DNA of 64,000 nucleotides from Candidatus Brocadiia bacterium (GTDB taxonomy: Bacteria > Planctomycetota > Brocadiia > SM23-32): positions 42,790 through 106,789 of the forward strand of contig JBKHIT010000009.1 of assembly GCA_046538485.1 (NCBI GenBank), read 5' to 3'. The notes beneath the pieces were generated by a model. That model was not told the origin of the DNA. It did no database searches and saw nothing but the letters and a program-made list of their open reading frames with translations. Positions 18,302 through 28,600 of this stretch are shown here, piece by piece (within the stretch, counting starts at the first letter, position 1; each line of letters starts with the position of its first letter). The position numbers and the translations under genes are program-made.

Positions 18302-19129
18302 TCATTCAAAATCGTCGATAATTTCCGGTAGCAGCTTTTCGATCGCTGGTTTTACATCAAACATATCGCGGAGCTGACGGTACTCCCGGTCTCGGGGGGT
18401 CCGACTCCGTCTTTTAACCTTCCGGCCGCAAATACATAAATTTTTCGGGGTAAGTTTCGGCGAACTGATTTCGTCAAGTTCTACATGATACCCTGCGCTT
18501 CGCAAAAACTGGGCCCGTAGCGTATCGGTCAAAAGATTCGCTAATCGATAACGAACCGGCCCGAAATCAGTCATCGCGGTCAGGGGATGTCCGGATTTTA
18601 TCTGACCCCGGATCTGATTCTGACAACAAGGGACGGTCAGTATCAGCTGACAACCAAGCTGAATTCCTTTGGCAATGGCTTCATCCGTGGCTGTATCGCA
18701 GGCATGCAGGGCTATGACCAGGTCAAAAGACCTGTCGGGGTCGAATTGCACAGTTCGACTGCTCACAAAATGAACATCTGTTAATGCGAGCTGCTCAGAC
18801 AGATCACGGCACCGTGTTATCAAATCCGGATTGGAATCTACACCCCAGAGTTCGACCCGCGTATTTTCAAAATGATCCAACAACTCGGCGAGTGCGAAAC
18901 CGAGATAACTTTTGCCACACGAGCACTCCAGGACACTGATCTTTTCCTTGCCACCGAGCCACTTCCGAACGTACCGGAGAATGACTTCGCTGAACCCGGC
19001 GACTTCGCGCAATTTAGAGGACCCACGTTCATCGACTTGGCCTTCAGGCCCGAGGATGTCCATATCTTTAAGCATCTCGGGTTGTTCACGAAGGTGAGCT
19101 AATATTGTTTTTCTGTTAGGTTCAGGCAC
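18302..19129 (-). CDS. Class I SAM-dependent methyltransferase (Methyltransf_32-like)
   Basis: VLECSCGKSYLGF motif I, GVD, LHACDTATD, PCC, TPKN. Confidence 0.82.
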   Translation of the reverse strand: MPEPNRKTILAHLREQPEMLKDMDILGPEGQVDERGSSKLREVAGFSEVILRYVRKWLGGKEKISVLECSCGKSYLGFALAELLDHFENTRVELWGVDSNPDLITRCRDLSEQLALTDVHFVSSRTVQFDPDRSFDLVIALHACDTATDEAIAKGIQLGCQLILTVPCCQNQIRGQIKSGHPLTAMTDFGPVRYRLANLLTDTLRAQFLRSAGYHVELDEISSPKLTPKNLCICGRKVKRRSRTPRDREYRQLRDMFDVKPAIEKLLPEIIDDFE

Positions 19130-19176
19130 GGAACAGATAAATTGTACAACTGGGAAAATCGACTGTCGGCATGGCG

Positions 19177-19563
19177 TCAGTGCTGAATATCCTTAACACC
19201 TTTTTTACCAGCGACGGTACGGCGTTTTCCTTTACGTGTGCGGGCATTTGTCCGGGTTCTTTGTCCTCGGACGGGCAGCCCCCGGCGGTGCCGGACTCCG
19301 CGGTAGCAATTAATTTTGCGCAGCCGAGCAATATTGGCGGCCTCCAGGCGCTTCAGTTCGCCTTCGATTATAAAGTTCTTATCGATATATGCGCCTATGC
19401 GGCTCAATTCGTCCTCGGTCAAATCCTGGGCGTGTCTTTGCTCTTCGATGTTCAGCACATCACATATGTGCTCCGCAGTTGTCTCTCCAACTCCGTAAAT
19501 GTATGTCAGAGCAATTTCTGTGTGCTTATCTCCAGGAATATCAACTCCAGCCACACGTGGCAT
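19177..19563 (-). CDS. rpsM: 30S ribosomal protein S13
   Basis: MPRVAGVDIP, IALTYIYGVG, YRGVRHRRGLPVRGQRTRTNARTRKG. Confidence 0.98.
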   Translation of the reverse strand: MPRVAGVDIPGDKHTEIALTYIYGVGETTAEHICDVLNIEEQRHAQDLTEDELSRIGAYIDKNFIIEGELKRLEAANIARLRKINCYRGVRHRRGLPVRGQRTRTNARTRKGKRRTVAGKKGVKDIQH

Positions 19564-19604
19564 GTTCGTTAAACCTCCCAGTTATTATTCAAATTCAAGC
19601 TATA

Positions 19605-19718
19605 TCAACCTTGACGTTGTTTATGGCGCGGGTCGGTGCAGATTACCCGTACAACACCCTTACGCCGGACAATTTTGCAATTTTCACAAATCTTCTTTAC
19701 TGATGATTTTACTTTCAT
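19605..19718 (-). CDS. rpmJ: 50S ribosomal protein L36 (not in ORF track)
   Basis: Manual translation [46 protein letters not shown]. Confidence 0.97.
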   Translation of the reverse strand: MKVKSSVKKICENCKIVRRKGVVRVICTDPRHKQRQG

Positions 19719-19921
19719 TTTTTACCTCCTGGACCGGCTTTTTTATGACCGCCCAAAAGTACCGCTGCGTCAGAACTTTTTATGGGGCATATGTGCGACT
19801 ATCCGAAGCCGCTGCCTTTGTCGGCCGCGCAAGTTATTCCGGCATGCGAACAGACCGATCGACCCTGTGAACTCTCACGGTACTGACAAAATTTCTTGCC
19901 GGAGAGTCGAAGATCGGAGAA

Positions 19922-20137
19922 CTATTCACGATAGACAATTCGACCTTTTTCAAGATCGTAAGGTGAAATCTCCACCGTAACCTTATCTCCTTGTAGAATA
20001 CGGATAAAATTCATCCGCATTTTACCCGAGACATGAGCAAGGATCTCATGCCCGTCTTCAAGCTCTACCTTGAATCGCGCGTTCGGCAGAGTTTCTTTCA
20101 CTATACCTTCAACTTGTATCGGCTCTTCTTTTGGCAT
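19922..20137 (-). CDS. infA: Translation initiation factor IF-1
   Basis: [37 protein letters not shown]. Confidence 0.97.
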   Translation of the reverse strand: MPKEEPIQVEGIVKETLPNARFKVELEDGHEILAHVSGKMRMNFIRILQGDKVTVEISPYDLEKGRIVYRE

Positions 20138-20185
20138 GGGACACACCAGACCAAATTATACCAAGGTTTGGACGTAACAGCAAGT

Positions 20186-20974
20186 CTACTCGATCGTCAT
20201 TATCACAGCCCGCTCTTTTTCCACGGCGATCGTGTTTTCAAAATGCACAGCCAGACAGCGTTCTTTCGTCACAACTGTCCATCCATTATCAAGTTCTTCA
20301 ACTTTTCCCGAACCGGCAGTTAACATCGGCTCGATAGCAACTGTTGCTCCCTCTGGAAGTTTCGGTCCGCTTGAGAGGGGCCAGGAGCTTACAAAATTGG
20401 GGATTTGCGGGAATTCATGCATTTTTTTCCCAATTCCATGTCCGGTGTACTTGCGCACGACACCGTAGCCCGCGTCCTCGGCGGTCTGCTGAATCGCATG
20501 GCCAATCTCCGCTATTTTGACTCCAGCTCGTATAACCTCGAGAGCCGCTTGCAAAGCCTCTCGACATGTTTTGGTAATGCTTTGAGCTTCCTCGCTGCAT
20601 TCGCCAATGAGAACCGTCCGCGCGGCGTCTCCCGCATAACCGTCCAGAAAAACTCCCGCATCGATGCTCAATACGTCACCTTCTTTGATTGTACGGGCCC
20701 CCGGAATTCCATGCACAACCTCTTCATTCAAACTTGTGCAAAGAGTTGCCGGATAACCGCGGTAGCCTTTGAAGGCCGGGATCGCATCATGACTGCGGAT
20801 ATATTCTTCAGCAAGCCGATCCAATTTGCCTGTTGTTACTCCCGGTTCTGCTGCTTCTACAGCCAGCTGGAGTGTTTCGGCGACCAACCTGCCGGCTTTT
20901 CGCATCTTTGCCAGTTCCGGGGGTTTTTTGCGGTTGACCTGTGCCATAACGAATCCAGTCTTCTGCGTGGCCAC
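20186..20974 (-). CDS. map: Methionine aminopeptidase type I
   Basis: SLNEEVVHGIP, GHGIG..MHE, AIEPM, HFENTI; alternative start 20947. Confidence 0.95.
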   Translation of the reverse strand: MATQKTGFVMAQVNRKKPPELAKMRKAGRLVAETLQLAVEAAEPGVTTGKLDRLAEEYIRSHDAIPAFKGYRGYPATLCTSLNEEVVHGIPGARTIKEGDVLSIDAGVFLDGYAGDAARTVLIGECSEEAQSITKTCREALQAALEVIRAGVKIAEIGHAIQQTAEDAGYGVVRKYTGHGIGKKMHEFPQIPNFVSSWPLSSGPKLPEGATVAIEPMLTAGSGKVEELDNGWTVVTKERCLAVHFENTIAVEKERAVIMTIE

Positions 20975-20984
20975 AACAGCTATT

Positions 20985-21629
20985 TTACTCCAAAGCGGTC
21001 AGTATCTCTTGTGTTTGTTCGCTCACCTCTTCGGGGCTTGGGGAGGCGTCAACACGGTAGAGAAGTCCTTTCTCTTTGTAGTAAGGCACCAGAGGACGTG
21101 TTTTATGCTCGTATTCCTCGAGCCTTTTGCGTACGACATCTTCGGTGCTATCGCTCCGAACAGTTAATTCGCCGCCGCATTCGTCACAAATCATATCTTT
21201 TTGCGGGGGCATAAACTTTTTATGGTAGTTTTTACCGCATTTGCTGCAAACAACGCGACCAGTTAAACGCTCAACCGCGGACTCAGAATCAAGTTCAAAA
21301 TACAGCACGCCATCAAGTTTTTCCTTCCGCTCCCGCAAAATGCCGTCCAGAAGTTCAGCCTGAGGTACTGTGCGAGGAAAACCATCCAGGATATACTCAT
21401 CTTCCCGTTGAAGCACCATTTCGCGCACAACTCGTGCTGTAAGCTCATCAGGCACAAGCTTGCCCTCGTCCAGATAACTATTGACGGTTTGGCCAAGCTC
21501 CGACCCTTCAGCTACGGCCTCTCGGAAAATATCTCCGGTGCTGGCGTGTTGCAGATCAAACTGTTCTGCCATAATCGACGCTTGTGTTCCTTTGCCGGCG
21601 CCGGGGGGACCGAGAAAAACGAGTTTCAA
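20985..21629 (-). CDS. adk: Adenylate kinase (Zn-lid type)
   Basis: LGPPGAGKGTQA, ILDGFPRT, CSKC...CDEC lid. Confidence 0.97.
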   Translation of the reverse strand: MKLVFLGPPGAGKGTQASIMAEQFDLQHASTGDIFREAVAEGSELGQTVNSYLDEGKLVPDELTARVVREMVLQREDEYILDGFPRTVPQAELLDGILRERKEKLDGVLYFELDSESAVERLTGRVVCSKCGKNYHKKFMPPQKDMICDECGGELTVRSDSTEDVVRKRLEEYEHKTRPLVPYYKEKGLLYRVDASPSPEEVSEQTQEILTALE

Positions 21630-21672
21630 CTTTGAATCCTTTCCAAATTTCTATGGATCATGTTCGGGTCAT

Positions 21673-23049
21673 TCAACGGCGCCGACGTGACTTGCGGCGT
21701 CCTTCTGCGCCCGCCGCAAAGCCACTGTAGCGTCTCATTTCCAGATGCTGGTTGATTCGGTTCATTAAATCCAGCGCCACACCAACGACAATCAGGATGC
21801 TGGTTCCACCGTATAATCTTGCCGTTCCCAGGGGGATCTTCAGGGCATGAGCGACAAGCATTGGCATCAACGCAACCATAAGCAAGAAGAAACTACCGGC
21901 CATCGTTACACGATTCATTATGCCCTCAAGATAATCCGCTGTACGTTTGCCGGGACGTATCCCGGGGATGAAGCTCCCATAGTCTTTAAGATTATCACTC
22001 ATTTCCTGTGGGTTAAAGACAAGAGCGGTCCAAAAATACGAGAAGAAGAATATCATGAGTCCGTAAAGCAGAACGTAGGTTACAGTGAGATTGTTGGGAT
22101 TTACACCATTTTGGATAAAAGCAAAAAATCCATGCCATAAACTATCCTGGTCAAGGGTTTGGACGGCTGATCCGGCGATCATTGCAGGGAACTGCAACAG
22201 GGCTGATGCGAAAATCAGCGGCATAACCCCTGCGTGATTGACCTTCAGGGGCAAATAGTGTTTTTGCCCACCGTACACCTTGGGGCCGCGCACATGTTTG
22301 GCTTGTTGAACGGGTATTCTTCTTTCGCCACGTGTTATATATACGATCACCACGATCACACCTACAAAGAGCGCAAGCAGGACGAGAATTTTTAAAACGC
22401 TGTTTTGTTGACTTTCCTGTCTTTGAATTGTTTCGGCCAGCGCAATGACCTGGCCGGGGAGCCGGGAGAGGATATTGATCATGATGATAAGGCTGATACC
22501 GTTGCCAATGCCATGCTCATCAATCTGTTCCCCGATCCACATCAAGAACATCGTTCCGCACATGAGAATGAAACCGTTACTCATCGAGAACCAAACCGAA
22601 CTTAAAAAGGACCTGCTGACGGATTCCGGTACGAGCCCCTGATAAAGAGCTCTGACCAAAACCGCTCCCTGGAAAAGGCAGATGAAAACAGTGGCAATTC
22701 GGGTATATTGATTGAGTTTTTTGCGGCCGGCTTCACCTTCTTTGCGCAGGCGCTCGAATCGCGGGATAACGTTTGCCAAAAGCTGGAATATAATCGAAGC
22801 GCTGATATAGGGCATGATTCCCAGGGCAAAAATGGCACCTTTCTGCAGTGCACCGCCTGCGAACACGTTGATAAGCCCAAAAACGCCCCCGAGCCCTTTT
22901 TCCAGTTCTTGGAGCCCTTCAGCTCTGATACCGGGAAGGGGTATATAGGCCCCGATGCGGCAGACAGCGATCAAAGCAACGGTGATCAACACCCTGCGCC
23001 GCAGGTCCCGGATACGCCAAATATTTTTGATTTGTTCTAGAAAGGCCAT
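21673..23049 (-). CDS. secY: Preprotein translocase subunit SecY
   Basis: FALGIMPYISASII, GIGNGISL, GSFIPGIRPG, GGTSILIVVGV. Confidence 0.98.
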   Translation of the reverse strand: MAFLEQIKNIWRIRDLRRRVLITVALIAVCRIGAYIPLPGIRAEGLQELEKGLGGVFGLINVFAGGALQKGAIFALGIMPYISASIIFQLLANVIPRFERLRKEGEAGRKKLNQYTRIATVFICLFQGAVLVRALYQGLVPESVSRSFLSSVWFSMSNGFILMCGTMFLMWIGEQIDEHGIGNGISLIIMINILSRLPGQVIALAETIQRQESQQNSVLKILVLLALFVGVIVVIVYITRGERRIPVQQAKHVRGPKVYGGQKHYLPLKVNHAGVMPLIFASALLQFPAMIAGSAVQTLDQDSLWHGFFAFIQNGVNPNNLTVTYVLLYGLMIFFFSYFWTALVFNPQEMSDNLKDYGSFIPGIRPGKRTADYLEGIMNRVTMAGSFFLLMVALMPMLVAHALKIPLGTARLYGGTSILIVVGVALDLMNRINQHLEMRRYSGFAAGAEGRRKSRRRR

Positions 23050-23100
23050 AGCTGAATGCGCATTCCAAGGACAGCAGGGTATTGGAAGCAGTGCAGTACT

Positions 23101-23610
23101 TTAGAGCTCGACTTCTTCCCGTTCTTCGGGCTGCTTCATCTTATTTCGGACCGGTTTTTTCGGTTCGGGAATCACTTCCACCGTCCCGCCGGCGTTTTCG
23201 ATTTTCTCCCGAGCAGTTTTGCTGAAAGCGTTGGCACGGACAGTTAACGGCTTTTCGAGGTTCCCATCGCCAAGCACTTTGATGCCGGATTGTTGAGGTT
23301 GTTTCACAATGCCGCGTTCTTGCAATAACGCGGGTGTGACATGAGTTTCCGGTTCGAATTGGGCCAGTTGCCCCACATTTACCGGCGTATAAATCTTTTT
23401 GAACGGGGCATTCGAAAAACCAACTTTTGGCAATCGGCGCCAGAGCGGGATATTACCGCCGGTCATATTTCGCACGCTCCAGCCACTTCGAGAGCGCGCT
23501 CCGTTCATCCCGCGGCCGGCTGTCTTGCCGCTTCCGCTCCCATGTCCCCGGCCCAGACGTTTGCATTTCTTGCGTGGTGAAGTGAGAGCTTTGACTTCTG
23601 AAATATCCAT
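23101..23610 (-). CDS. rplO: 50S ribosomal protein L15
   Basis: RLGRGHGSGSGKTAGRG, RRLPKVGF, KVLGDG. Confidence 0.96.
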   Translation of the reverse strand: MDISEVKALTSPRKKCKRLGRGHGSGSGKTAGRGMNGARSRSGWSVRNMTGGNIPLWRRLPKVGFSNAPFKKIYTPVNVGQLAQFEPETHVTPALLQERGIVKQPQQSGIKVLGDGNLEKPLTVRANAFSKTAREKIENAGGTVEVIPEPKKPVRNKMKQPEEREEVEL

Positions 23611-23666
23611 TTATTGTCACCTGGTTGCTATTTTGAGATCTGAGTTCTGGAATGGTTACAGAGACT

Positions 23667-24440
23667 TTACGTCGACTGTTTTTCTTCGTCAGATTCAGTT
23701 GTCTGTTTGGTATCGGTATCTGTTTTCTCTTTCGATGCCTCTTCTTCCTCGCCGATGTCCGATTCCATCTCCGATTCCTCGTCGAGGGCCTCCGTCTCTT
23801 CGGGCTGCTGGGAATCTGGTGTTTGCTCGCTCTCTTCGGTATCCGAGGTTTCCTGGGGGCTTTCTGCTTTTTCTGCAGAGGTTTCCTGGGGCTTTTCTTC
23901 GTCTTCTTGCTCAGAAGATTCTTCCGGCGAAGCTCGATCGAGCTGGGGATGCCTGAGAGAGATTTCTCGTTGGCGCAGTCTCTCCACTTCTTTTTTCGAT
24001 CGCAGGGATTCGAGGGCGTTCATGGTTGCCTTAGCGAGATTCAGCGGGTTATTACGGCCCAGCGATTTTGTGAGCACATTGTGCACGCCCAGGACTTGCA
24101 TAATGGAGCGGACAGTTCCGCCGGCTTTAACGCCGGTTCCGGGCGCTGCGGGCTTAATAATGACCTCTGAAGATTTGTGCTCTCCAATTTGTTCATGGCA
24201 GACAGTATCGCCAATGAGGGGGATCTTGGTGATCTTGTCCCGAGCGTCTTTAGTAGCCTTGTCGATGGCCATAGGCACTCCAGGGGCTTTACCGTAGCCC
24301 AGACCCACTTTTCCGTTACCGTTGCCGACGGCGACAAGAGCAGCGAAACTCAGGTTTCGTCCGCCTTTCGTCACCTTGGTGTGCATACGGATCGTGAGAA
24401 CCTCGTCCATAAGTCCGGTTTTTTCGTCCCGATCCGGCAT
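23667..24440 (-). CDS. rpsE: 30S ribosomal protein S5 with ~85-aa acidic tail
   Basis: KVTKGGR..SFAALV.VG.G.GKVGLG.GKA, PAAPGTG. Confidence 0.96.
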   Translation of the reverse strand: MPDRDEKTGLMDEVLTIRMHTKVTKGGRNLSFAALVAVGNGNGKVGLGYGKAPGVPMAIDKATKDARDKITKIPLIGDTVCHEQIGEHKSSEVIIKPAAPGTGVKAGGTVRSIMQVLGVHNVLTKSLGRNNPLNLAKATMNALESLRSKKEVERLRQREISLRHPQLDRASPEESSEQEDEEKPQETSAEKAESPQETSDTEESEQTPDSQQPEETEALDEESEMESDIGEEEEASKEKTDTDTKQTTESDEEKQST

Positions 24441-24491
24441 GTAGCCTCCAGCTCTTTGTTAAACTTCTGTAGTTTTATTTGGTATGAAGGT

Positions 24492-24875
24492 TCAAAACCC
24501 TTCAGCGCCGGCTTCTTCGAAACATTTCCTTGCTGCTTCGGCAAGGGCTTTGACGCGACCGTGGTATTTATACCCACCACGATCAAAGACCACTTTGGTG
24601 ATATCGTTGTCCAGGCACTTTTTGCCGATGAGGGTTCCAACTTTAGCTGCAGCGTCAATGGTATTTGTTTTTTCGAGTTCTTCTCGCAACTCGGGGCTAT
24701 CGGTGGAAACGCTGAGCAGCGTATTTCCCTTCCAATCGTCGATGACCTGCACCTGGATATGTCTGTTGCTTCGAAAAACGCACATTCGCGGTCTTTCGGG
24801 AGTTCCCTCGACGATTCTACGAACGTGGTGGTGTCGTTTTTGACGCAACTTTGTTTTTCGTTTCGTGGGGTCCAT
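24492..24875 (-). CDS. rplR: 50S ribosomal protein L18
   Basis: [37 protein letters not shown]. Confidence 0.97.
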   Translation of the reverse strand: MDPTKRKTKLRQKRHHHVRRIVEGTPERPRMCVFRSNRHIQVQVIDDWKGNTLLSVSTDSPELREELEKTNTIDAAAKVGTLIGKKCLDNDITKVVFDRGGYKYHGRVKALAEAARKCFEEAGAEGF

Positions 24876-24916
24876 TTATCCTCAACCCTATTGGTCGTCA
24901 AATAAATTAGTGCGCA

Positions 24917-25486
24917 TTATTCAAGTCCGGCAAAAGCTTTTCCTTCTTTACGTCGGACATGTTCATCAGCGTACCGAATCCCCTTACCTTTGTAGGGTTC
25001 AGGGGGGCGTACGTCACGGACAGTGGCCGCAAACTGGCCCACTTTCTGTTTGTCGATTCCTTTGATTGTAAATCTGGCCGGATTGTCCGGTTGGGCGTTG
25101 TTCTGTTCGATTTCGATGTCCATCTGCTCGGGAATTTCGAATTTGACATTATGGCAGAAACCAATTTTGAGCACGAGGTTTTTGCCTTTGATATCGGCCC
25201 CGTAGCCGGTTCCATGGATTTCCAGATCTTTCTTGAACCCTTTTGTGACGCCTTCCAGCATATTGCTAATCAATGAATGATGTAGCCCGTGCAACGATCT
25301 GACATCCTGGTTTTCATCGTTGCCTTTGACAAAAAGTTCATCGTTTTCTTGATCGTAATCCAGTTCCAGACAGTCCGGAATCCTGTGTTGCAATTCCCCC
25401 AGCGGACCACTGACCTTTATGTCATTCGTCTCGACTTCGAGACTGACTTTATCGGAAATTTCGATGGGGCTTAGCATATTCGACAT
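24917..25486 (-). CDS. rplF: 50S ribosomal protein L6
   Basis: GIDKQKVGQFAA, RPPEPYKGKGIRY. Confidence 0.97.
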   Translation of the reverse strand: MSNMLSPIEISDKVSLEVETNDIKVSGPLGELQHRIPDCLELDYDQENDELFVKGNDENQDVRSLHGLHHSLISNMLEGVTKGFKKDLEIHGTGYGADIKGKNLVLKIGFCHNVKFEIPEQMDIEIEQNNAQPDNPARFTIKGIDKQKVGQFAATVRDVRPPEPYKGKGIRYADEHVRRKEGKAFAGLE

Positions 25487-25538
25487 CTGCTGGTACCTCT
25501 TTCAGGCTTCGCTATTGAGAAGCGTGCTTTTCTTCGGA

Positions 25539-25940
25539 TTAAACGACTGTGCAGAGAACCTCTCCGCCAGCCTTTTGTTGTCTGCATTCCCGGTCGCTCA
25601 GAATTCCTTTACTTGTGGAAACGATAGCTATTCCGACACCATTAGCAACCATCGGCAGTTCACCGACTCCACGGTAAACACGGCGCCCGGGTTTGGAGAT
25701 TCGTTTAAGCTTGCGGATTACTTCTTCTCCCAGAGGGCCGTAACGAAGGTATATTTTCAGGAGGCTATGAGCCCCTTCCTCGGCCACACGGAAATCTTCG
25801 ATAAACCCTTCTCGTTTCAGGACGAGGGCAATACCTTCACGGAGCTTCGACGATGGCATTTCGACCGTTCCTTTTTCCGTCGCGAGAGCATTCCGTATCC
25901 GGGTTAGCATGTCCGCAATGGGGTCCGTCATCATGTTCAT
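25539..25940 (-). CDS. rpsH: 30S ribosomal protein S8
   Basis: TDPIADMLTRIRNA, ISKPGRRVY, STSKG. Confidence 0.98.
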   Translation of the reverse strand: MNMMTDPIADMLTRIRNALATEKGTVEMPSSKLREGIALVLKREGFIEDFRVAEEGAHSLLKIYLRYGPLGEEVIRKLKRISKPGRRVYRGVGELPMVANGVGIAIVSTSKGILSDRECRQQKAGGEVLCTVV

Positions 25941-25983
25941 TTACCTCTTGGCATCTTAGCCATAGAAATCGGCAGCACGGGAA

Positions 25984-26169
25984 TTACCAGCTGGCTTTTC
26001 GAACGCCAGGGATTTTTCCCTGGCTGGCCAGCTCTCTGAAGCAGATGCGGCAGACTTTGAATTTGCGCATGTAAGCGCGCACTCGGCCACAGAGTTTACA
26101 CCGATTGTTATGGCGTGTCGAGAACTTCGGTTCTTTTTCGGCTTTGACAACTTTTGATTTTCGCGCCAT
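25984..26169 (-). CDS. rpsN: 30S ribosomal protein S14 type Z (Zn-binding)
   Basis: 61 aa; RCKLCGR...[15 protein letters not shown]. Confidence 0.97.
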   Translation of the reverse strand: MARKSKVVKAEKEPKFSTRHNNRCKLCGRVRAYMRKFKVCRICFRELASQGKIPGVRKASW

Positions 26170-26225
26170 GTTTTTTTATGTCACCTCGATTTTCTGTCGG
26201 TTCGACAGAGAAATCTGTCAGCGAG

Positions 26226-26831
26226 TTAACTTTCTTGAAAAGGCACCCCAAGCAATGAAAGCAGTTCAAATGCTTCGGGATCTGCGTCTGCGGTTGTGCA
26301 GATCGTAATATCCATTCCAAAGACGTTATCGAGAGCGTCAGGGTCAATTTCAGGAAACGCAAAGTGCTCGTCGATACCGAGAGTATAATTCCCGGTTCCA
26401 TCGAACGAATTGGCAGATAAACCGCGGAAATCCCGCACACGAGGCAGGACAATGCTGATAAGACGATCGAGAAATTCATACATACGTCGATGTCTGAGCG
26501 TTACTTTGCATCCAATGGGATCGCCCGATCTGATTCCGAACCCTGCTACGCTCTTACGGGCCTGTGTGATAACAGGAGCTTGTCCTGAAACCGACCGCAG
26601 GACGCTTTGGGCTTCTTTCAAAAGATTTTCGTCCTCCCGGGCGTTTCCGACGCCAATATTAAGGACAACCTTGTCCAATTTCGGGACGGCATGTTTGTTT
26701 TCCACACCCAGAAGTTCCATCAGTTCCGGCAGAATTTCTTCCTGGAACCGGGCCATCAGGCGGGGAGTTGGGACAGGCTGAGCTCCCTGTTTTTCTTCAA
26801 CTTCCTGGGTTTGTTGTCCTTCTTCGCTCAT
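26226..26831 (-). CDS. rplE: 50S ribosomal protein L5
   Basis: PKLDKVVLNIGVG, LPRVRDFRG, FDGTGNYTLG, FPEI. Confidence 0.97.
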   Translation of the reverse strand: MSEEGQQTQEVEEKQGAQPVPTPRLMARFQEEILPELMELLGVENKHAVPKLDKVVLNIGVGNAREDENLLKEAQSVLRSVSGQAPVITQARKSVAGFGIRSGDPIGCKVTLRHRRMYEFLDRLISIVLPRVRDFRGLSANSFDGTGNYTLGIDEHFAFPEIDPDALDNVFGMDITICTTADADPEAFELLSLLGVPFQES

Positions 26832-26876
26832 AATTTTTCTCATTTCGGACTGGCTGAGACATCCCGGTTATTTAAT

Positions 26877-27224
26877 CTATTCGGCCGATGCTATGGAGGC
26901 GCCGCACTTTGCGCATATGCGTTTTCTTACGCCATTTTCGTCACGGTCGTTTCTGATTCTCACGGGCTGATCGTAATGATCGCAGTCGCGGTTCTGACAA
27001 ATCAACATAACATTAGAGACATGGATGGGCGCCTCACGTTCCACACGACCGCCGCGGGGATTTTCTTGCGTTGGCTTCACGTGTTTCCAAATCAGGTTCA
27101 CACCTTCCACGACTACTTTTCCGTCGCGGGGCAGGGCGCGCAAAACCCGTCCGCGGGCACCTCTATAGTCTCCCGCGATAACTTCGACCATATCGTCCGT
27201 TCGCACATGGAGTTTAGTATTCAT
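26877..27224 (-). CDS. rplX: 50S ribosomal protein L24
   Basis: VEVIAG...[19 protein letters not shown]; extra Cys pairs at the C-terminus. Confidence 0.96.
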   Translation of the reverse strand: MNTKLHVRTDDMVEVIAGDYRGARGRVLRALPRDGKVVVEGVNLIWKHVKPTQENPRGGRVEREAPIHVSNVMLICQNRDCDHYDQPVRIRNDRDENGVRKRICAKCGASIASAE

Positions 27225-27250
27225 TTTAGAACTCATCATTTCCAATGGAC

Positions 27251-27619
27251 TCACACGACTTCCGCCGCAAGACTGACAATACGCATAAAATTCTTCTCTC
27301 GCAGTTCACGAGGGATTGCACCAAAAATTCTTGTTCCGCGCGGGTTGCCATCAGGTCCCAAGAGCACGAGAGCATTTCTGTCGAATCGAACGTAACTCCC
27401 GTCATTACGCCGGAGTGGCGATTTGGTTCGAACGACAACGCCTCGTACAACTTCACCGCGTTGAACTTCACTGCCGGGGAGCACTTTCTGGACGCTTCCT
27501 ACCACGACATCGCCTACGCCCGCGTATCGTCGTCCCGTGCCGCCAAGAACCTTGAAACATCGGACGGTTCTGGCACCGGAGTTGTCCGCCACATCCAAAA
27601 CTGTTTGTTCCATTATCAT
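27251..27619 (-). CDS. rplN: 50S ribosomal protein L14
   Basis: [14 protein letters not shown]...RELR, SLAAEV. Confidence 0.98.
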   Translation of the reverse strand: MIMEQTVLDVADNSGARTVRCFKVLGGTGRRYAGVGDVVVGSVQKVLPGSEVQRGEVVRGVVVRTKSPLRRNDGSYVRFDRNALVLLGPDGNPRGTRIFGAIPRELREKNFMRIVSLAAEVV

Positions 27620-27654
27620 GGGTGTTGTCCGCGCTCAATCCAGAGATATCTCAG

Positions 27655-27939
27655 TCAGGCTTCCATTCCACTCATTTCTTCCGGCAGGGCTTCGGTCTCA
27701 GCGCTACGACGGATAATGCGCAGAAGACGCCAGGATTTGTTCTTTGATAGGGGCCTTGTTTCTTCAATTTCTACCAGGTCGCCTTCATTGGCCTCGTTGT
27801 GCGCGTCATGCGCTGTGAGCGTGCTACGTTTCCGCAGATATTTCTTATAACGAGGGTGCTGGCGCAGATTTTCCACCCGGACTGTTATGGTTTTGTCCGG
27901 TTTGTTACTTTGAACAATTCCGCGCGCTCTTCTTTTCAT
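27655..27939 (-). CDS. rpsQ: 30S ribosomal protein S17
   Basis: DKTITV, HPRYKK, AHD, ETRPLSK.K.W. Confidence 0.97.
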   Translation of the reverse strand: MKRRARGIVQSNKPDKTITVRVENLRQHPRYKKYLRKRSTLTAHDAHNEANEGDLVEIEETRPLSKNKSWRLLRIIRRSAETEALPEEMSGMEA

Positions 27940-27968
27940 TTTTTACACTCCGCTCTGAACGATCAGGT

Positions 27969-28184
27969 TTACTGCCCGGTTTCGGCGCCCTCGGGCTGCA
28001 TTTCCGTCTCCCGAAGCACCGTTTTGATACGAGCAATATCACGTCTGAGTTTCTTTTTTGTCGAGGTATCGGGATTTTCCTCCGCCTGCCACTGGAAGCG
28101 GAGGTCAAAGAGCTCTTTTTGCAGGCGCCCCAATTCATTTTGGAGTTCTTCACGATCCATTCCTCGCAATTCGCTGGCTCTCAT
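27969..28184 (-). CDS. rpmC: 50S ribosomal protein L29
   Basis: ELFDLRFQ, RRDIARIKTV. Confidence 0.96.
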   Translation of the reverse strand: MRASELRGMDREELQNELGRLQKELFDLRFQWQAEENPDTSTKKKLRRDIARIKTVLRETEMQPEGAETGQ

Positions 28185-28600
28185 ACTTTGAATCTCCGTT
28201 CAACCATTTTTGTTCGAACCGGCATGCGATGAGCAGCGCGGGCAAAGGCTTCCCTGATCAATTCTTCGGGAATCCCGCCCAGTTCGTAAATAATGGTCCC
28301 GGGCTTAACCTCAGCAACCCAGTCAACAGGTTCTCCTTTTCCTGTTCCCATTCGCGTCTCAGCCGGCGTCGCCGTTACGCTTTTGTGCGGGAAAATGCGT
28401 ATTGTCAGTTTGCCTTCGTCTCTGAGGTAATGTCCCATAGCCACACGACCCGCTTCGATCTGATGAGAGCTTATTCTTCCTGCATCAAGGGCTTGTAGGC
28501 CGAAGTCGCCGAAATTAACACGGTTGCCACGGGTGGCTTTCCCTTTAGTTCGCCCGCGTTGAAACTTCCGGTACTTCACTCTTTTCGGCATTTTAGCCAT
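28181..28600 (-). CDS. rplP: 50S ribosomal protein L16
   Basis: [25 protein letters not shown]. Confidence 0.97.
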   Translation of the reverse strand: MAKMPKRVKYRKFQRGRTKGKATRGNRVNFGDFGLQALDAGRISSHQIEAGRVAMGHYLRDEGKLTIRIFPHKSVTATPAETRMGTGKGEPVDWVAEVKPGTIIYELGGIPEELIREAFARAAHRMPVRTKMVERRFKV

